A stretch of 64,000 bases of DNA from Patescibacteria group bacterium (GCA_036278915.1 DASUKB010000004.1:73441-137440), one strand, 5' to 3'; shown: positions 18,004 to 26,226, counted from the stretch's first letter. Translations and numbers: made by a program. The notes: a model not told the origin generated them from the letters alone.

Positions 18004-18596
18004 AGTTTTTTGCGGCGGAAAATTGTAAGCGTCAGAGGCAAAACCGATAAAATCATAATCACTGCGATAATCCAATTGGTATAGACGCTTCCGTCCGGCA
18101 CTAATTCTCCCAAAAAATATCCCACGAAACCAACCACCAAAGTCCAGGCCGCGGCACCGATAAAATTAAACTTCAAAAAAGTCCGGTATTGCATGCTGCC
18201 AATGCCAGCCAAAACCGGAACCACGGTTCGGAAAAAAGGAATAAATCGCGCCAGCACTATAGTCTGGCGGCCGTGGATATTATAAAATTTTTGTATGCGG
18301 GAAATGTGTGCCTGGTCCAAACCAAGCCACTGGTATCTGCCGAACAAACCCTGGCCAAAACGCTTGCCCAAGGCATACGCCAGACTATCGCCCAAAACCG
18401 CGGCCAAAAATCCTAAGCTTACCACGATCCAAATATTAAGAAGTCCGCTGGACGCCAAAAGTCCGGCAGTGAAAAGCAAGCTCTCTCCAGGCAGTATAAG
18501 TCCGACCAAAAGCCCCGTTTCGGCAAAAAGAATCGCAAACATGCCCAGATAGCCGCCGGTATGAATTATCGCAGTCGTGTCCAAAAATTCCAGCAT
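18000..18596 (-). CDS. DedA/VTT family membrane protein
   Basis: FAETGLLVG..LPGESLLFTAG, GDSL.Y..G, ARFIPFFRT..P.LAG. Confidence 0.95.
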   Translation of the reverse strand: MLEFLDTTAIIHTGGYLGMFAILFAETGLLVGLILPGESLLFTAGLLASSGLLNIWIVVSLGFLAAVLGDSLAYALGKRFGQGLFGRYQWLGLDQAHISRIQKFYNIHGRQTIVLARFIPFFRTVVPVLAGIGSMQYRTFLKFNFIGAAAWTLVVGFVGYFLGELVPDGSVYTNWIIAVIMILSVLPLTLTIFRRKKL

Positions 18597-18643
18597 TGTT
18601 TAAGCATAACAAAAAACTTTGTTGCCTGCGAATATAGACAAAC

Positions 18644-18672
18644 AAAAAACCGCCCCGGAGGGCGGATTTTTT
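18644..18672 (-). terminator. Terminator of the cold-shock gene
   Basis: AAAAACCGCCCCGGAGGGCGGATTTTTT. Confidence 0.8.
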
Positions 18673-18680
18673 GCGAAAGT

Positions 18681-18884
18681 TTAAGCCTTCTGGACGTTGA
18701 TGGCAGCCGGGCCTTTTGGGCCGGAGTCATCGACATCAAACGAAACCATATCGCCTTCGTGCAGATCCGCAAAGTTTGCGCCGGACAAAGATTTGCTGTG
18801 GAAAAAGAGATCTTTTTCCTGTCCGTCAACTTTGATGAATCCAAAACCTTTGTCGGCTATAAGTTTCTTGATTGTGCCGTTCAT
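18681..18884 (-). CDS. Cold-shock protein
   Basis: MNGTIK...KGFGFI...DLFFH...GPKGPAAINV, RNP1/RNP2 motifs. Confidence 0.96.
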   Translation of the reverse strand: MNGTIKKLIADKGFGFIKVDGQEKDLFFHSKSLSGANFADLHEGDMVSFDVDDSGPKGPAAINVQKA

Positions 18885-19001
18885 CGTGGTTTGAAATTTA
18901 AAGATAATCTGCAAATAAATTGGTTTGCGAAATTTCGACTAAATTCCAACCCAGAATAATTTGCTCAAACAGTATGACAGAATATCAGCAATAAGTCCAG
19001 T

Positions 19002-19685
19002 CTATTTCGTGAGAAAGGCCTGTGTGAAGCTTTGGAGGCTGCCTGTGGCTTGCAGATGGACTGTGGAATCAAGCCAGGAGTCGTAGTTATGCACGGTCCG
19101 AAGATATACGGATGTAGCACCCGATACCAAAACATAGTTGCCGCGAGCGTTATCGGATCGCTTGAGGACCCCGGTAAACTGGACTTGTCCGCCTTCTGCC
19201 ACGCCGCCGCGGGCCATAGTATCCACGGCGCCAAGGGATGCGTCAGCCAGATCCAGGAACGTGAACTGGTTTAGGGTTCCAGACGCTGAAAGGTTCACCT
19301 GTTTGCCTACCAGCGAGCCAAAGTCGCGTTTGGTGGCAATGTAGATGTTGCCAGACGGGCTGGCAACCATAAGATTGCCGCGGGCTGGATTATCCGAAAC
19401 CATAAGGGTTCCGGAGGCTGCGACGTTGCCTGTGGTCGCGTTGGTTGTGTTTTGTGTTTGCGTGCCGGAGCTGTTTGTATTATCCGATGCTTGGTTGTCC
19501 CCGGAAACGTTGGTTTGGTTTTGATCGCCCTGCTCTGTTTGTGTGTTTGAGTTTTGCGGATTACTCCCGTTTGGTTTGATGAAGCCAAAGTAAACGATGG
19601 CAGCGACGATGACCACGACCACGACTGTGGTCCAGGTCCTGCGGGAGGCGTACCATTTACCAGGGCTTGCGGAGTTTTGTTCCAT
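19002..19685 (-). CDS. Membrane-anchored protein with N/Q/T-rich linker and two repeated beta modules
   Basis: TM helix; G.L..SDN.ARGN...Y..T...V.L.A.G.L..FT occurs twice. Confidence 0.8.
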   Translation of the reverse strand: MEQNSASPGKWYASRRTWTTVVVVVIVAAIVYFGFIKPNGSNPQNSNTQTEQGDQNQTNVSGDNQASDNTNSSGTQTQNTTNATTGNVAASGTLMVSDNPARGNLMVASPSGNIYIATKRDFGSLVGKQVNLSASGTLNQFTFLDLADASLGAVDTMARGGVAEGGQVQFTGVLKRSDNARGNYVLVSGATSVYLRTVHNYDSWLDSTVHLQATGSLQSFTQAFLTK

Positions 19686-19835
19686 AACTTTTCGTTAATT
19701 GTAAAAGATCAAGACCTGCTTGGATTATAGCACTCCAGCAATGTGGATAAGCTAAGGCTCAAAAAGAAAAGCCGCCTCAAGACTTGGTCTCAAGGCGGTT
19801 GGATGTAGGATCTAGGGCACACACACGAAGGATTT

Positions 19836-20189
19836 TTAGGTCACGAGGTCCATTGTCTCGATCTGGAAATTGAGTTCTTCGAGAATGAAGAGCAACTCGA
19901 CCTTGTTCTTGATCATGGGACCGAAGTGATCGATCTCGAATCCCTCAAGGGAACCATTCTTACGCCTGTAGGATCTCGCGGCTACTTCCACGAATGAACC
20001 TAAAGTTGCTTCGGTCTTCTCGATCAGCTTCGCTCTATCCGCGCTTTTGCGCAGATCGTGCTGGCCGTTGTCGATAACTACGCCCTCTTCGATCCACTGC
20101 GGCTTGTTCCAAGGGTCAGGCGGGAAAAATGGTTTGAGCTGCCCGAAGATCGCTTGTGCCGCTAGACTCAACTTCTCGCAATCTGTCAT
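19836..20189 (-). CDS. Hypothetical protein
   Basis: 117-aa ORF with GGAGG SD; no recognised motif. Confidence 0.7.
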   Translation of the reverse strand: MTDCEKLSLAAQAIFGQLKPFFPPDPWNKPQWIEEGVVIDNGQHDLRKSADRAKLIEKTEATLGSFVEVAARSYRRKNGSLEGFEIDHFGPMIKNKVELLFILEELNFQIETMDLVT

Positions 20190-20220
20190 AACCTTCCTCC
20201 ATTCAGAAGTAGGACTATAA

Positions 20221-20287
20221 TAACAAAAAACAGCCTCAATGACGAGACTGTCTTCCTGGCAGCGAGCTTGGGATGAGGTGGGAGCTA
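20221..20287. repeat. 67-nt inter-cassette repeat, copy A
   Basis: TAACAAAAAACAGCCTCAATGACGAGACTGTCTTCCTGGCAGCGAGCTTGGGATGAGGTGGGAGCTA; direct repeat of 20769-20835. Confidence 0.9.
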
Positions 20288-20758
20288 ATCTTGTTCAGGT
20301 AATGCCTGATGGTGTCCTGAAACAGTTGAATTAAATATTTCTAGAGCCCATTTAATAATTTGTTTATCGTGGACCTGAGTCAACTCAGAACCAGCTGTTA
20401 TAAACTTATGTCTGGTGGTCTCAGATGCATCAGGGTCGGCAGCAGCATAAACCACTTTTTTAACACCGGCTTGAATCAAGTTCGTAGTGCAGTCTCCGTA
20501 CTTTTCACCCTGACCACCGGGACTGCGTTTACCACAAGGCTCAACAGTTGTATATACAATGTCATTTTCCAAAATCGACTCTCCGGCAGATTTCAAATTT
20601 TGCAATAAAGCATATTCAGAATGAATTCCATTATTTGTACTGATTCCGCTAGCGATAATTTTCCCGTCTCTGACTAAACATGAAGTAACCACTCCGCCTT
20701 TGTCGTCGGACTGTTTAGATATTTCAAAAAGATGGTTAAATATTTCTAGTTCAGTCAT
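20285..20758 (-). CDS. Zinc-dependent cytidine/dCMP-type deaminase, standalone RibD-N-like domain
   Basis: HSE...YTTVEPC...C motif, I.AGVKKVVYA..DP. Confidence 0.88.
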   Translation of the reverse strand: MTELEIFNHLFEISKQSDDKGGVVTSCLVRDGKIIASGISTNNGIHSEYALLQNLKSAGESILENDIVYTTVEPCGKRSPGGQGEKYGDCTTNLIQAGVKKVVYAAADPDASETTRHKFITAGSELTQVHDKQIIKWALEIFNSTVSGHHQALPEQD

Positions 20759-20768
20759 AACGCAAGTT

Positions 20769-20835
20769 TAACAAAAAACAGCCTCATTGACGAGGCTATC
20801 TTTTGGCAGCAAACTTGGGAGAAGGCTGAAAACTA
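20769..20835. repeat. 67-nt inter-cassette repeat, copy B
   Basis: TAACAAAAAACAGCCTCATTGACGAGGCTATCTTTTGGCAGCAAACTTGGGAGAAGGCTGAAAACTA. Confidence 0.9.
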
Positions 20836-21453
20836 TTTAATCAATTCTTTGATCTTGTTAATGTAATCGGAACGGTCTACTGAGATAACTGGCATATTAT
20901 ATTTCCTTGCCTCCATTTTAATCATTTCATTAAAAGCAAAAACCCATTCCACTTCCTTCTCTTTAACATTATCTGGATACTTACTGGCTTCATCCCACAG
21001 ACCACGTGTGAAGACGGTGTTCCTAACGCGGTCTTTGTCCTCGTCTATGAGAAAAATTGATCGAATATCGACTTCGGATTTCCACCCCTGGTTCGCTATT
21101 AGGTGAGGAAGAATAGCAACACCTTCAATTATGAAATCGCCCCAGAAGTAATTAACCTCGACAAAACTCCGTACACCTTTCCAAACGTCCTCGCTCTCTT
21201 TGTTTTGATGAGCTACAATTTGGTCCGGCGTGTTGTTATTGAGGAATTCTACGGCAATATCCGCTCCAATACTTACACCGGGATCACCATGCAAAAAAAG
21301 GTTTGGATAATCTTCTTTTCTAACTATCCAACGCATCTGCTCTCGGATCATATCTGTAGAAATCCAAGGCACATCTAGTTCTTTTGCCAATATCCCCGCA
21401 GTATGAGTTTTTCCAGCCGTTGGTGATCCACCGATTAAAACAACTTTATTCAT
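20833..21453 (-). CDS. P-loop kinase, 2-phosphoglycerate-kinase-like
   Basis: LIGGSPTAGKT, ISTDMIRE, IIEGV.ILP. Confidence 0.85.
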   Translation of the reverse strand: MNKVVLIGGSPTAGKTHTAGILAKELDVPWISTDMIREQMRWIVRKEDYPNLFLHGDPGVSIGADIAVEFLNNNTPDQIVAHQNKESEDVWKGVRSFVEVNYFWGDFIIEGVAILPHLIANQGWKSEVDIRSIFLIDEDKDRVRNTVFTRGLWDEASKYPDNVKEKEVEWVFAFNEMIKMEARKYNMPVISVDRSDYINKIKELIK

Positions 21454-21607
21454 ATCCTAAGCATAACAAAAAACACTAGCAATAGCTAGACAATCTCGGG
21501 CTGGTCGATTGGACAGTAGAAAGACAGTGCTGCCTTCCCTCACTTCTGCCCGTTCGATTCCTACGATGACTATCAAAAAAGCGCCACGCAGAAGCGTGTC
21601 GCTTTTT

Positions 21608-21681
21608 TGGCAGGGGGTGTAGGAATCGAACCTACGCCAACGGTTTTGGAGACCGCAGTACTACCACTATACTAACCCCCC
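21608..21681 (-). tRNA. tRNA-Trp(CCA)
   Basis: GGGGGGTTAGTATAGTGGTAGTACTGCGGTCTCCAAAACCGTTGGCGTAGGTTCGATTCCTACACCCCCTGCCA; terminator at 21575-21608. Confidence 0.95.
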
Positions 21682-21691
21682 TCATAGGGAA

Positions 21692-21940
21692 CTATTTAAT
21701 CCCTAATCGTTTTAATAACCCTGTATAGGACGATCCAAAATCTTTTAATTTCTGTTCTCTGTTCAGAGCCGCAGCTTTATCGGGATAAGCTTCAAAGTAA
21801 ATCAATTTTAAAGGCAGTCGACTACTTGTAGATTTGACCTTGCCTGGATTATGGAGGTTGAGCCGTGACATTACATCTTCGGTGTAGCCGATATAAAATC
21901 CATTATCTTTCAGACTTTGCAAGAGGTAAACGAAATGCAT
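21692..21940 (-). CDS. Small standalone GIY-YIG nuclease
   Basis: VYLLQS.KD..FYIGYT.D...RL..HN.G.VKST..R.P.KLIYFEAY...A..RE..LK. Confidence 0.92.
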   Translation of the reverse strand: MHFVYLLQSLKDNGFYIGYTEDVMSRLNLHNPGKVKSTSSRLPLKLIYFEAYPDKAAALNREQKLKDFGSSYTGLLKRLGIK

Positions 21941-21951
21941 ATCCATACTAT

Positions 21952-22023
21952 GGGTGTAGGAATCGCCCCGCCTCTCGCGAGGTGGGGTTGGAGACCGCAG
22001 TACTACCACTATACTAACCCCCC
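21952..22023 (-). pseudogene. Disrupted duplicate of tRNA-Trp
   Basis: Identical to tRNA-Trp from the 5' end through CTCCAA; hairpin CCCCACCTCGCGAGAGGCGGGG then replaces 17 nt; CGATTCCTACACCC follows; acceptor stem incomplete. Confidence 0.9.
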
Positions 22024-22025
22024 TC

Positions 22026-22079
22026 GTCATCCTGAACGCAGTGAAGGACCTTTGGATTCTTCGCTTCGCTCAGAATGAC
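22026..22079. repeat. GTCATCCTGA...TCAGAATGAC palindromic element, copy 2
   Basis: GTCATCCTGAACGCAGTGAAGGAC...ATTCTTCGCTTCGCTCAGAATGAC. Confidence 0.9.
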
Positions 22080-22088
22080 ACAATATTA

Positions 22089-22244
22089 CTATTTAGTTTC
22101 TTTGTGTTCGGTGTGCTTTTTGCACCATTTGCAAAACTTGCTCGTAACCAAACGGTTTGGAGTCAGTTTTTTGTTCTTGCGGGAATGGTAGTTTATGTGA
22201 TGGCAAACCGTACATTCCATGCTAATCAAATTGTCCTGCGACAT
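22089..22244 (-). CDS. rpmG: 50S ribosomal protein L33, zinc-binding type
   Basis: ECTVC..INY.S.KNKK...RL...KFCKWCKKHT.HKE. Confidence 0.96.
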   Translation of the reverse strand: MSQDNLISMECTVCHHINYHSRKNKKLTPNRLVTSKFCKWCKKHTEHKETK

Positions 22245-22274
22245 ACTGTTCCTTTCTAAAAAGTTTATTAGCGA

Positions 22275-22385
22275 GTACACTGACAAAATTAGCCTTCGCA
22301 GGCGGCCTCAGCCGCCGAGAAAGCAGGATGCAAAAATTGACCTTCCAATGTCAATTTTTGACATCCGGTAATTTTGTCAGCGTAC
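22275..22385. repeat. MITE-like element with 17-bp terminal inverted repeats
   Basis: GTACACTGACAAAATTA and TAATTTTGTCAGCGTAC (one mismatch), with internal hairpins. Confidence 0.75.
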
Positions 22386-22396
22386 GAGCGATTTCC

Positions 22397-22472
22397 TGGA
22401 GCTGTCGGTCGGAATTGAACCGACGACCTACTCCTTACCATGGAGTTGCTCTACCAACTGAGCTACGACAGC
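22397..22472 (-). tRNA. tRNA-Thr(GGT)
   Basis: Cloverleaf with ACTCC-ATGGTAA-GGAGT anticodon arm; ends TCCA. Confidence 0.97.
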
Positions 22473-22546
22473 ACGCCTTTTGGACGCTTTAACCTGCACA
22501 CTGTAACACAAAAACTAATTTTAATCAACCCTTTTTCCAAACCGAA

Positions 22547-23287
22547 TTAAGCTGATTTTTCCACCGGGAGGGTGAAGTGGAAGGTTGTGCCTTTCCCCTG
22601 TTTGGATTCAAACCAGATGCGGCCGCCTGAGGCTTCTATAAACGATTTGGTGATGTACATGCCTAACCCTGTGCCAGTGGATTCAAATTCCAAAATGTTT
22701 GAACCGCGGAAAAATTTACTGAACACGCGCGGCTGTTGGGCTTTGGGTATGCCGACTCCGGTATCGCGGAATGTAACGTGGGCAAACCCATGGTCGAGCA
22801 TCAGGTTTATATCAATCCGTGATTTTTCCCGGCAATAAGTGATGGCATTCTCGACAAGATTGAGCACTGCTTGTTTGATTTTGATCGGCTCTGAATCCAC
22901 AAATGGAAAAGGTTCCTGCTCCACTGTAAAGGTCACCCTGATCTCTTTTTTCTTGATCTCGGAAGCTTCCTGCCGCAGTACCTGGTTTATGGTGCCCGCC
23001 AAATCCGTGGGTTGGAGATACAGTTTGGTGTTGCCTGACTCAAGCCTTGAGACTTCCAGCAGATCGTTGACCAGTTTGATCATGCGCTCGTTGGCCAAGT
23101 AGATTTTCTCCAAAATATCTTTTTGTTTGCGCGTCAAATTGTCGGTCTTGCTTTGTTCCAGCAATTCCAAAAGCCACTTGACGCCAGTAAGCGGCGTGCG
23201 CAGCTGATGACTGGTCAACGAAATAAAATCCGCCTCCAATCGGGAGGCTTTATCGGGAAGTTCAATTTTGGCTCGATTGCGTGGCAT
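22547..23287 (-). CDS. Sensor-less histidine kinase (HisKA plus HATPase)
   Basis: SHQLRTPL, NLVENAITY, DTGVGI, GTGLGM, GTTFHF. Confidence 0.95.
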   Translation of the reverse strand: MPRNRAKIELPDKASRLEADFISLTSHQLRTPLTGVKWLLELLEQSKTDNLTRKQKDILEKIYLANERMIKLVNDLLEVSRLESGNTKLYLQPTDLAGTINQVLRQEASEIKKKEIRVTFTVEQEPFPFVDSEPIKIKQAVLNLVENAITYCREKSRIDINLMLDHGFAHVTFRDTGVGIPKAQQPRVFSKFFRGSNILEFESTGTGLGMYITKSFIEASGGRIWFESKQGKGTTFHFTLPVEKSA

Positions 23288-23290
23288 ACA

Positions 23291-25060
23291 TTAGGCCACA
23301 GGCTTAGGCGCGGCTGCAAGCGGAATGTTGAAATAAAATGTCGTACCTTTGCCGACTTCGGAAAAAATTCCAATGTGGCCGCCGTGCGCCTCCACAATGC
23401 CTTTGGAAATCACCAATCCCAAGCCGGTCCCTTTTTTCTCAGAAACGGCGCCCTGCTCCAGCTGCGTAAATTTATTGAACAGCTTGCCCATCTGCTCCTC
23501 AGCAATGCCGACACCGGTGTCCGTGACCGCAATTATGAGCTGGTCCGAACTGTACTTAACATCCTCTTTTATACCCGGCCAGATCATGCCCAACCCTGTG
23601 ACGCGAGAGAGCATTTGTTCGCCGGCAGCAAGCGTGAACGCGGAGATCAAAACTTTTCCTCCTGCGGAAAATTTAAACGCGTTGGACAGAAAGTTATTCA
23701 GAACCTGGCCGATTTTATTTTCGTCCACGGACACAGCCGCAGGCAGATTCAAGCCAGTTTTACTTTCAAGCGCAATCCGATTCTCTGCGGCCAAAGTCTT
23801 ATATGAACTGATTTTCATTTGTATCAGCGCCGCGATGTCCGTAGGTTTTTTCAAAACCTGAAACTTTCCCGATTCAAGCTTGGCCACGTCCAGCAGATCG
23901 TTCACCAAATCGAGCATAGACGCGGAATTCGTGACTATGAGATCGATAAATTCCTGGTATTTTTTCTGCTCGTTTTTAATCTTATCCTCACGCAGAAGGT
24001 TGGCTATGGACCGGATGCCGGTCAGAGGACTGCGCAGTTCGTGGACCATCATGGAGGTAAAGTCCTCGCGCATCTTTTCCACGGCCTGCTCCTGGGTGAT
24101 GTCGTGGAAGAGCACAACCGCGCCCAAGGCCTGGTTTTCTGCATCCTTAACCGGACTTATAAGCACGCGCAAAAATTTATCTTGCAGCTGCAGCTTATCC
24201 TCCACAGTAAGTTTATCTGTCTTGATGCTTTCCTCAATTTTTGTCCGCAGGTCAATTTTGGAAGACAACGCGTCCAGCACGTCAAATATAGAGGGCTGCG
24301 GCTTGCTCAATCCAAGCATGTTGCGCGCAGCTGGATTTATGACGAGAAGCCTATTGCGGGTATCCACCATAAAAACGCCGTCGGCCATGGACGAGACCAT
24401 GGAATTGAGCTTGCCTTTTTCCTGATCCAAGATCATTTCAAGCTTAGACACCGCAGTCGAAGCCTGGTCCATAATTGTGTAAAGAATGGACATTTCATCC
24501 TCTTTGTACAAATCCTCCTGGGTTGAGGCAATAGTCAAAAGTCCCACTGCCTGGGCATTGATAATAACAGGAACGTTGAAAAACGACTTGATTCCTTTTT
24601 TGTTGGTTTCATCCGTTATGGTTCCGGAAATGGATTCATCTAGATCCTGTGGCGTGATATTTCGTCCCAGCAGTTCGGATAAAGCCTTGCTGCTTCGAAT
24701 TTTTACGTCATCCACGAACTTTTGGCTTATCGATTCTTCCAGCACGCAGTGAAATATAACCCGGCCTTCGTCGGTGAGCAACAGGTACGAAACCGTGGAG
24801 TACGGCAGAAGCTTGCGCAGGGAACCGGTGATAACGTCCACGATTTTCTGGACATTGAGCGAGTAACCGATGCGCTCGCCCAGCTCTTTAAGTATGGAAA
24901 CTTCATACATTCGCCGCTGCATTTCGCCTTCTTTGTGGTGCAGGTCTTTGCGCATGCGGCGATTTTCCCACCAAATAAAAATAATGACAATCACAGTATA
25001 GATTGCCAGCGCGGTAATGATTAAAGTTCCTTGTGAACTAAAAATGCTGTCCATGAACAA
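23291..25060 (-). CDS. Histidine kinase with TM-GAF-PAS-HisKA-HATPase architecture
   Basis: One TM helix; GAF (SFFNVPV...VGLL); PAS (MADGV..VD...INPAA); HELRSPL; N/G boxes. Confidence 0.95.
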   Translation of the reverse strand: MFMDSIFSSQGTLIITALAIYTVIVIIFIWWENRRMRKDLHHKEGEMQRRMYEVSILKELGERIGYSLNVQKIVDVITGSLRKLLPYSTVSYLLLTDEGRVIFHCVLEESISQKFVDDVKIRSSKALSELLGRNITPQDLDESISGTITDETNKKGIKSFFNVPVIINAQAVGLLTIASTQEDLYKEDEMSILYTIMDQASTAVSKLEMILDQEKGKLNSMVSSMADGVFMVDTRNRLLVINPAARNMLGLSKPQPSIFDVLDALSSKIDLRTKIEESIKTDKLTVEDKLQLQDKFLRVLISPVKDAENQALGAVVLFHDITQEQAVEKMREDFTSMMVHELRSPLTGIRSIANLLREDKIKNEQKKYQEFIDLIVTNSASMLDLVNDLLDVAKLESGKFQVLKKPTDIAALIQMKISSYKTLAAENRIALESKTGLNLPAAVSVDENKIGQVLNNFLSNAFKFSAGGKVLISAFTLAAGEQMLSRVTGLGMIWPGIKEDVKYSSDQLIIAVTDTGVGIAEEQMGKLFNKFTQLEQGAVSEKKGTGLGLVISKGIVEAHGGHIGIFSEVGKGTTFYFNIPLAAAPKPVA

Positions 25061-25069
25061 ATCTGCTGA

Positions 25070-25369
25070 TTAGACTTTGGCCGCTGCTGCCAGACGGGAA
25101 AATCCCAAGCCCAAAAACAGTACGCCCAAAAGATTGAGGCAGTCCTGAACCAGGCTTAAGGTTGTAGTCGGCTCAAGCAGTCCAAAATTGATAAGGAATT
25201 TCTCGATAACGGCAATCACCACGAACAGCATGCCGGCCCCGAGAAGCCGGATTGCGCGACCGATGAGGCCGCCATAAGCCTTGGTTGAGGCGTGCAGGCT
25301 GTAGAAGCCGCCAATGACAATAATTATAACGAGACCTTGTACTGCAAATTCAAGCGGATTTTGTATCAT
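25070..25369 (-). CDS. Small three-TM protein in the signalling operon
   Basis: Three hydrophobic helices with a YGG.IG motif. Confidence 0.8.
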   Translation of the reverse strand: MIQNPLEFAVQGLVIIIVIGGFYSLHASTKAYGGLIGRAIRLLGAGMLFVVIAVIEKFLINFGLLEPTTTLSLVQDCLNLLGVLFLGLGFSRLAAAAKV

Positions 25370-25390
25370 AAATTTTTGTTTTAACTTAAT

Positions 25391-25663
25391 TTATTGGATA
25401 GAAACTTTGATTTCTGGATATTTGGCAAATACGGGATTCAAAATATTTTTTACAATCTGTCCGGACAATCCGATGTACTCGTCAATCAGCTGCTGCAGCA
25501 CGGTCTGCGGGTCGCCCTCTATGCTTTGGATCCGACCCTGGTCGTCCAGCGTAAGCCCCGCGACGTTGCGCGCCTTCATAAGCACGATGTCGGGACCAAG
25601 GATAATGATTTGTTTGGCAATAATATCGTTTATGAGGCTGATGTACTGTTTTGTGTCTGTCAT
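25391..25663 (-). CDS. Small soluble protein in the signalling operon
   Basis: II.KQ..ILGP....KA..V.GL....G....I.GD....L..LI.EY..LSG; co-oriented and closely spaced. Confidence 0.8.
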   Translation of the reverse strand: MTDTKQYISLINDIIAKQIIILGPDIVLMKARNVAGLTLDDQGRIQSIEGDPQTVLQQLIDEYIGLSGQIVKNILNPVFAKYPEIKVSIQ

Positions 25664-25667
25664 GGAA

Positions 25668-26105
25668 TTAGCTTAAGGGCGGCATGGGGACTTTGAATCC
25701 CCCTTCGCCCGCCTTGCGGCGCTCCAGTACGGTTTTGATCTTTGTCACCAATTCCTCCAGTCGGTAATTGGCCTTAACCAGATAATCCATTGCGCCCATG
25801 GATAACGCGTCTGAAATTTTGTCGTAATCGGAAAGGTTTGTAAGTATGACTACGGGAATTTCTTTGGTGTTCTCCTGCGCTTTCATCTGCTTGAGCGTAG
25901 AAATGCCATCGAGTCTGGGCATAACCAAATCCAAAAGCATTAAATCTGGCTGCTCGGCCGCGGCTTTCTCCAAGCCTTCCACTCCATCCTTGGCTCCCAC
26001 TACCTCAAACCCCTCTTGCCGAAGCTCTTCTGACAGGGCAGTTAAAAGAATTTCCTCATCCTCCACTACCAAAATTTTGAGCTTTTTCCCGGATTTTTTG
26101 TCCAT
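25668..26105 (-). CDS. Single-domain response regulator (CheY-like)
   Basis: ILVVEDE, LLDLVMP..DG, ILTN, GA.DYLVK. Confidence 0.96.
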   Translation of the reverse strand: MDKKSGKKLKILVVEDEEILLTALSEELRQEGFEVVGAKDGVEGLEKAAAEQPDLMLLDLVMPRLDGISTLKQMKAQENTKEIPVVILTNLSDYDKISDALSMGAMDYLVKANYRLEELVTKIKTVLERRKAGEGGFKVPMPPLS

Positions 26106-26200
26106 AATTGTTTGTTTCTGTTCTTTAGCAATTTAACGCCAATATTATAACATAATTTAATGTCAACGCAAAGAGAAAAGCCTGATCGCAAAGATCAAGC

Positions 26201-26226
26201 TTTTTTCTGGTGGGCAGGATAGGATT
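26201..26226 (-). repeat. Duplicated 3' end of tRNA-Tyr (att-like)
   Basis: TTTTTTCTGGTGGGCAGGATAGGATT here and again at about 26337-26362. Confidence 0.9.

Noticed and set aside
19728-19740. TAGCACTC as a CIRCE half-site
   Set aside because: There is no second arm; it overlaps the TGCTATAAT promoter of the 19685 gene.
20285-20758. Deaminase as tadA or ribD
   Set aside because: It lacks the TadA PCxMC spacing and the RibD reductase domain.
20221-20835. The repeats as integron attC sites (GTTAAAC matches GTTRRRY) or as a CRISPR array
   Set aside because: There is no matching RYYYAAC inverse core and no intI. The GTT motif is better explained as part of a TG-extended -10 box. The spacers are whole genes and no cas genes are present.
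21645-21989. Intron-containing tRNA-Trp with a homing endonuclease
   Set aside because: The downstream copy is already a complete tRNA, the upstream copy has its own T-arm remnant, and no group I core was seen.
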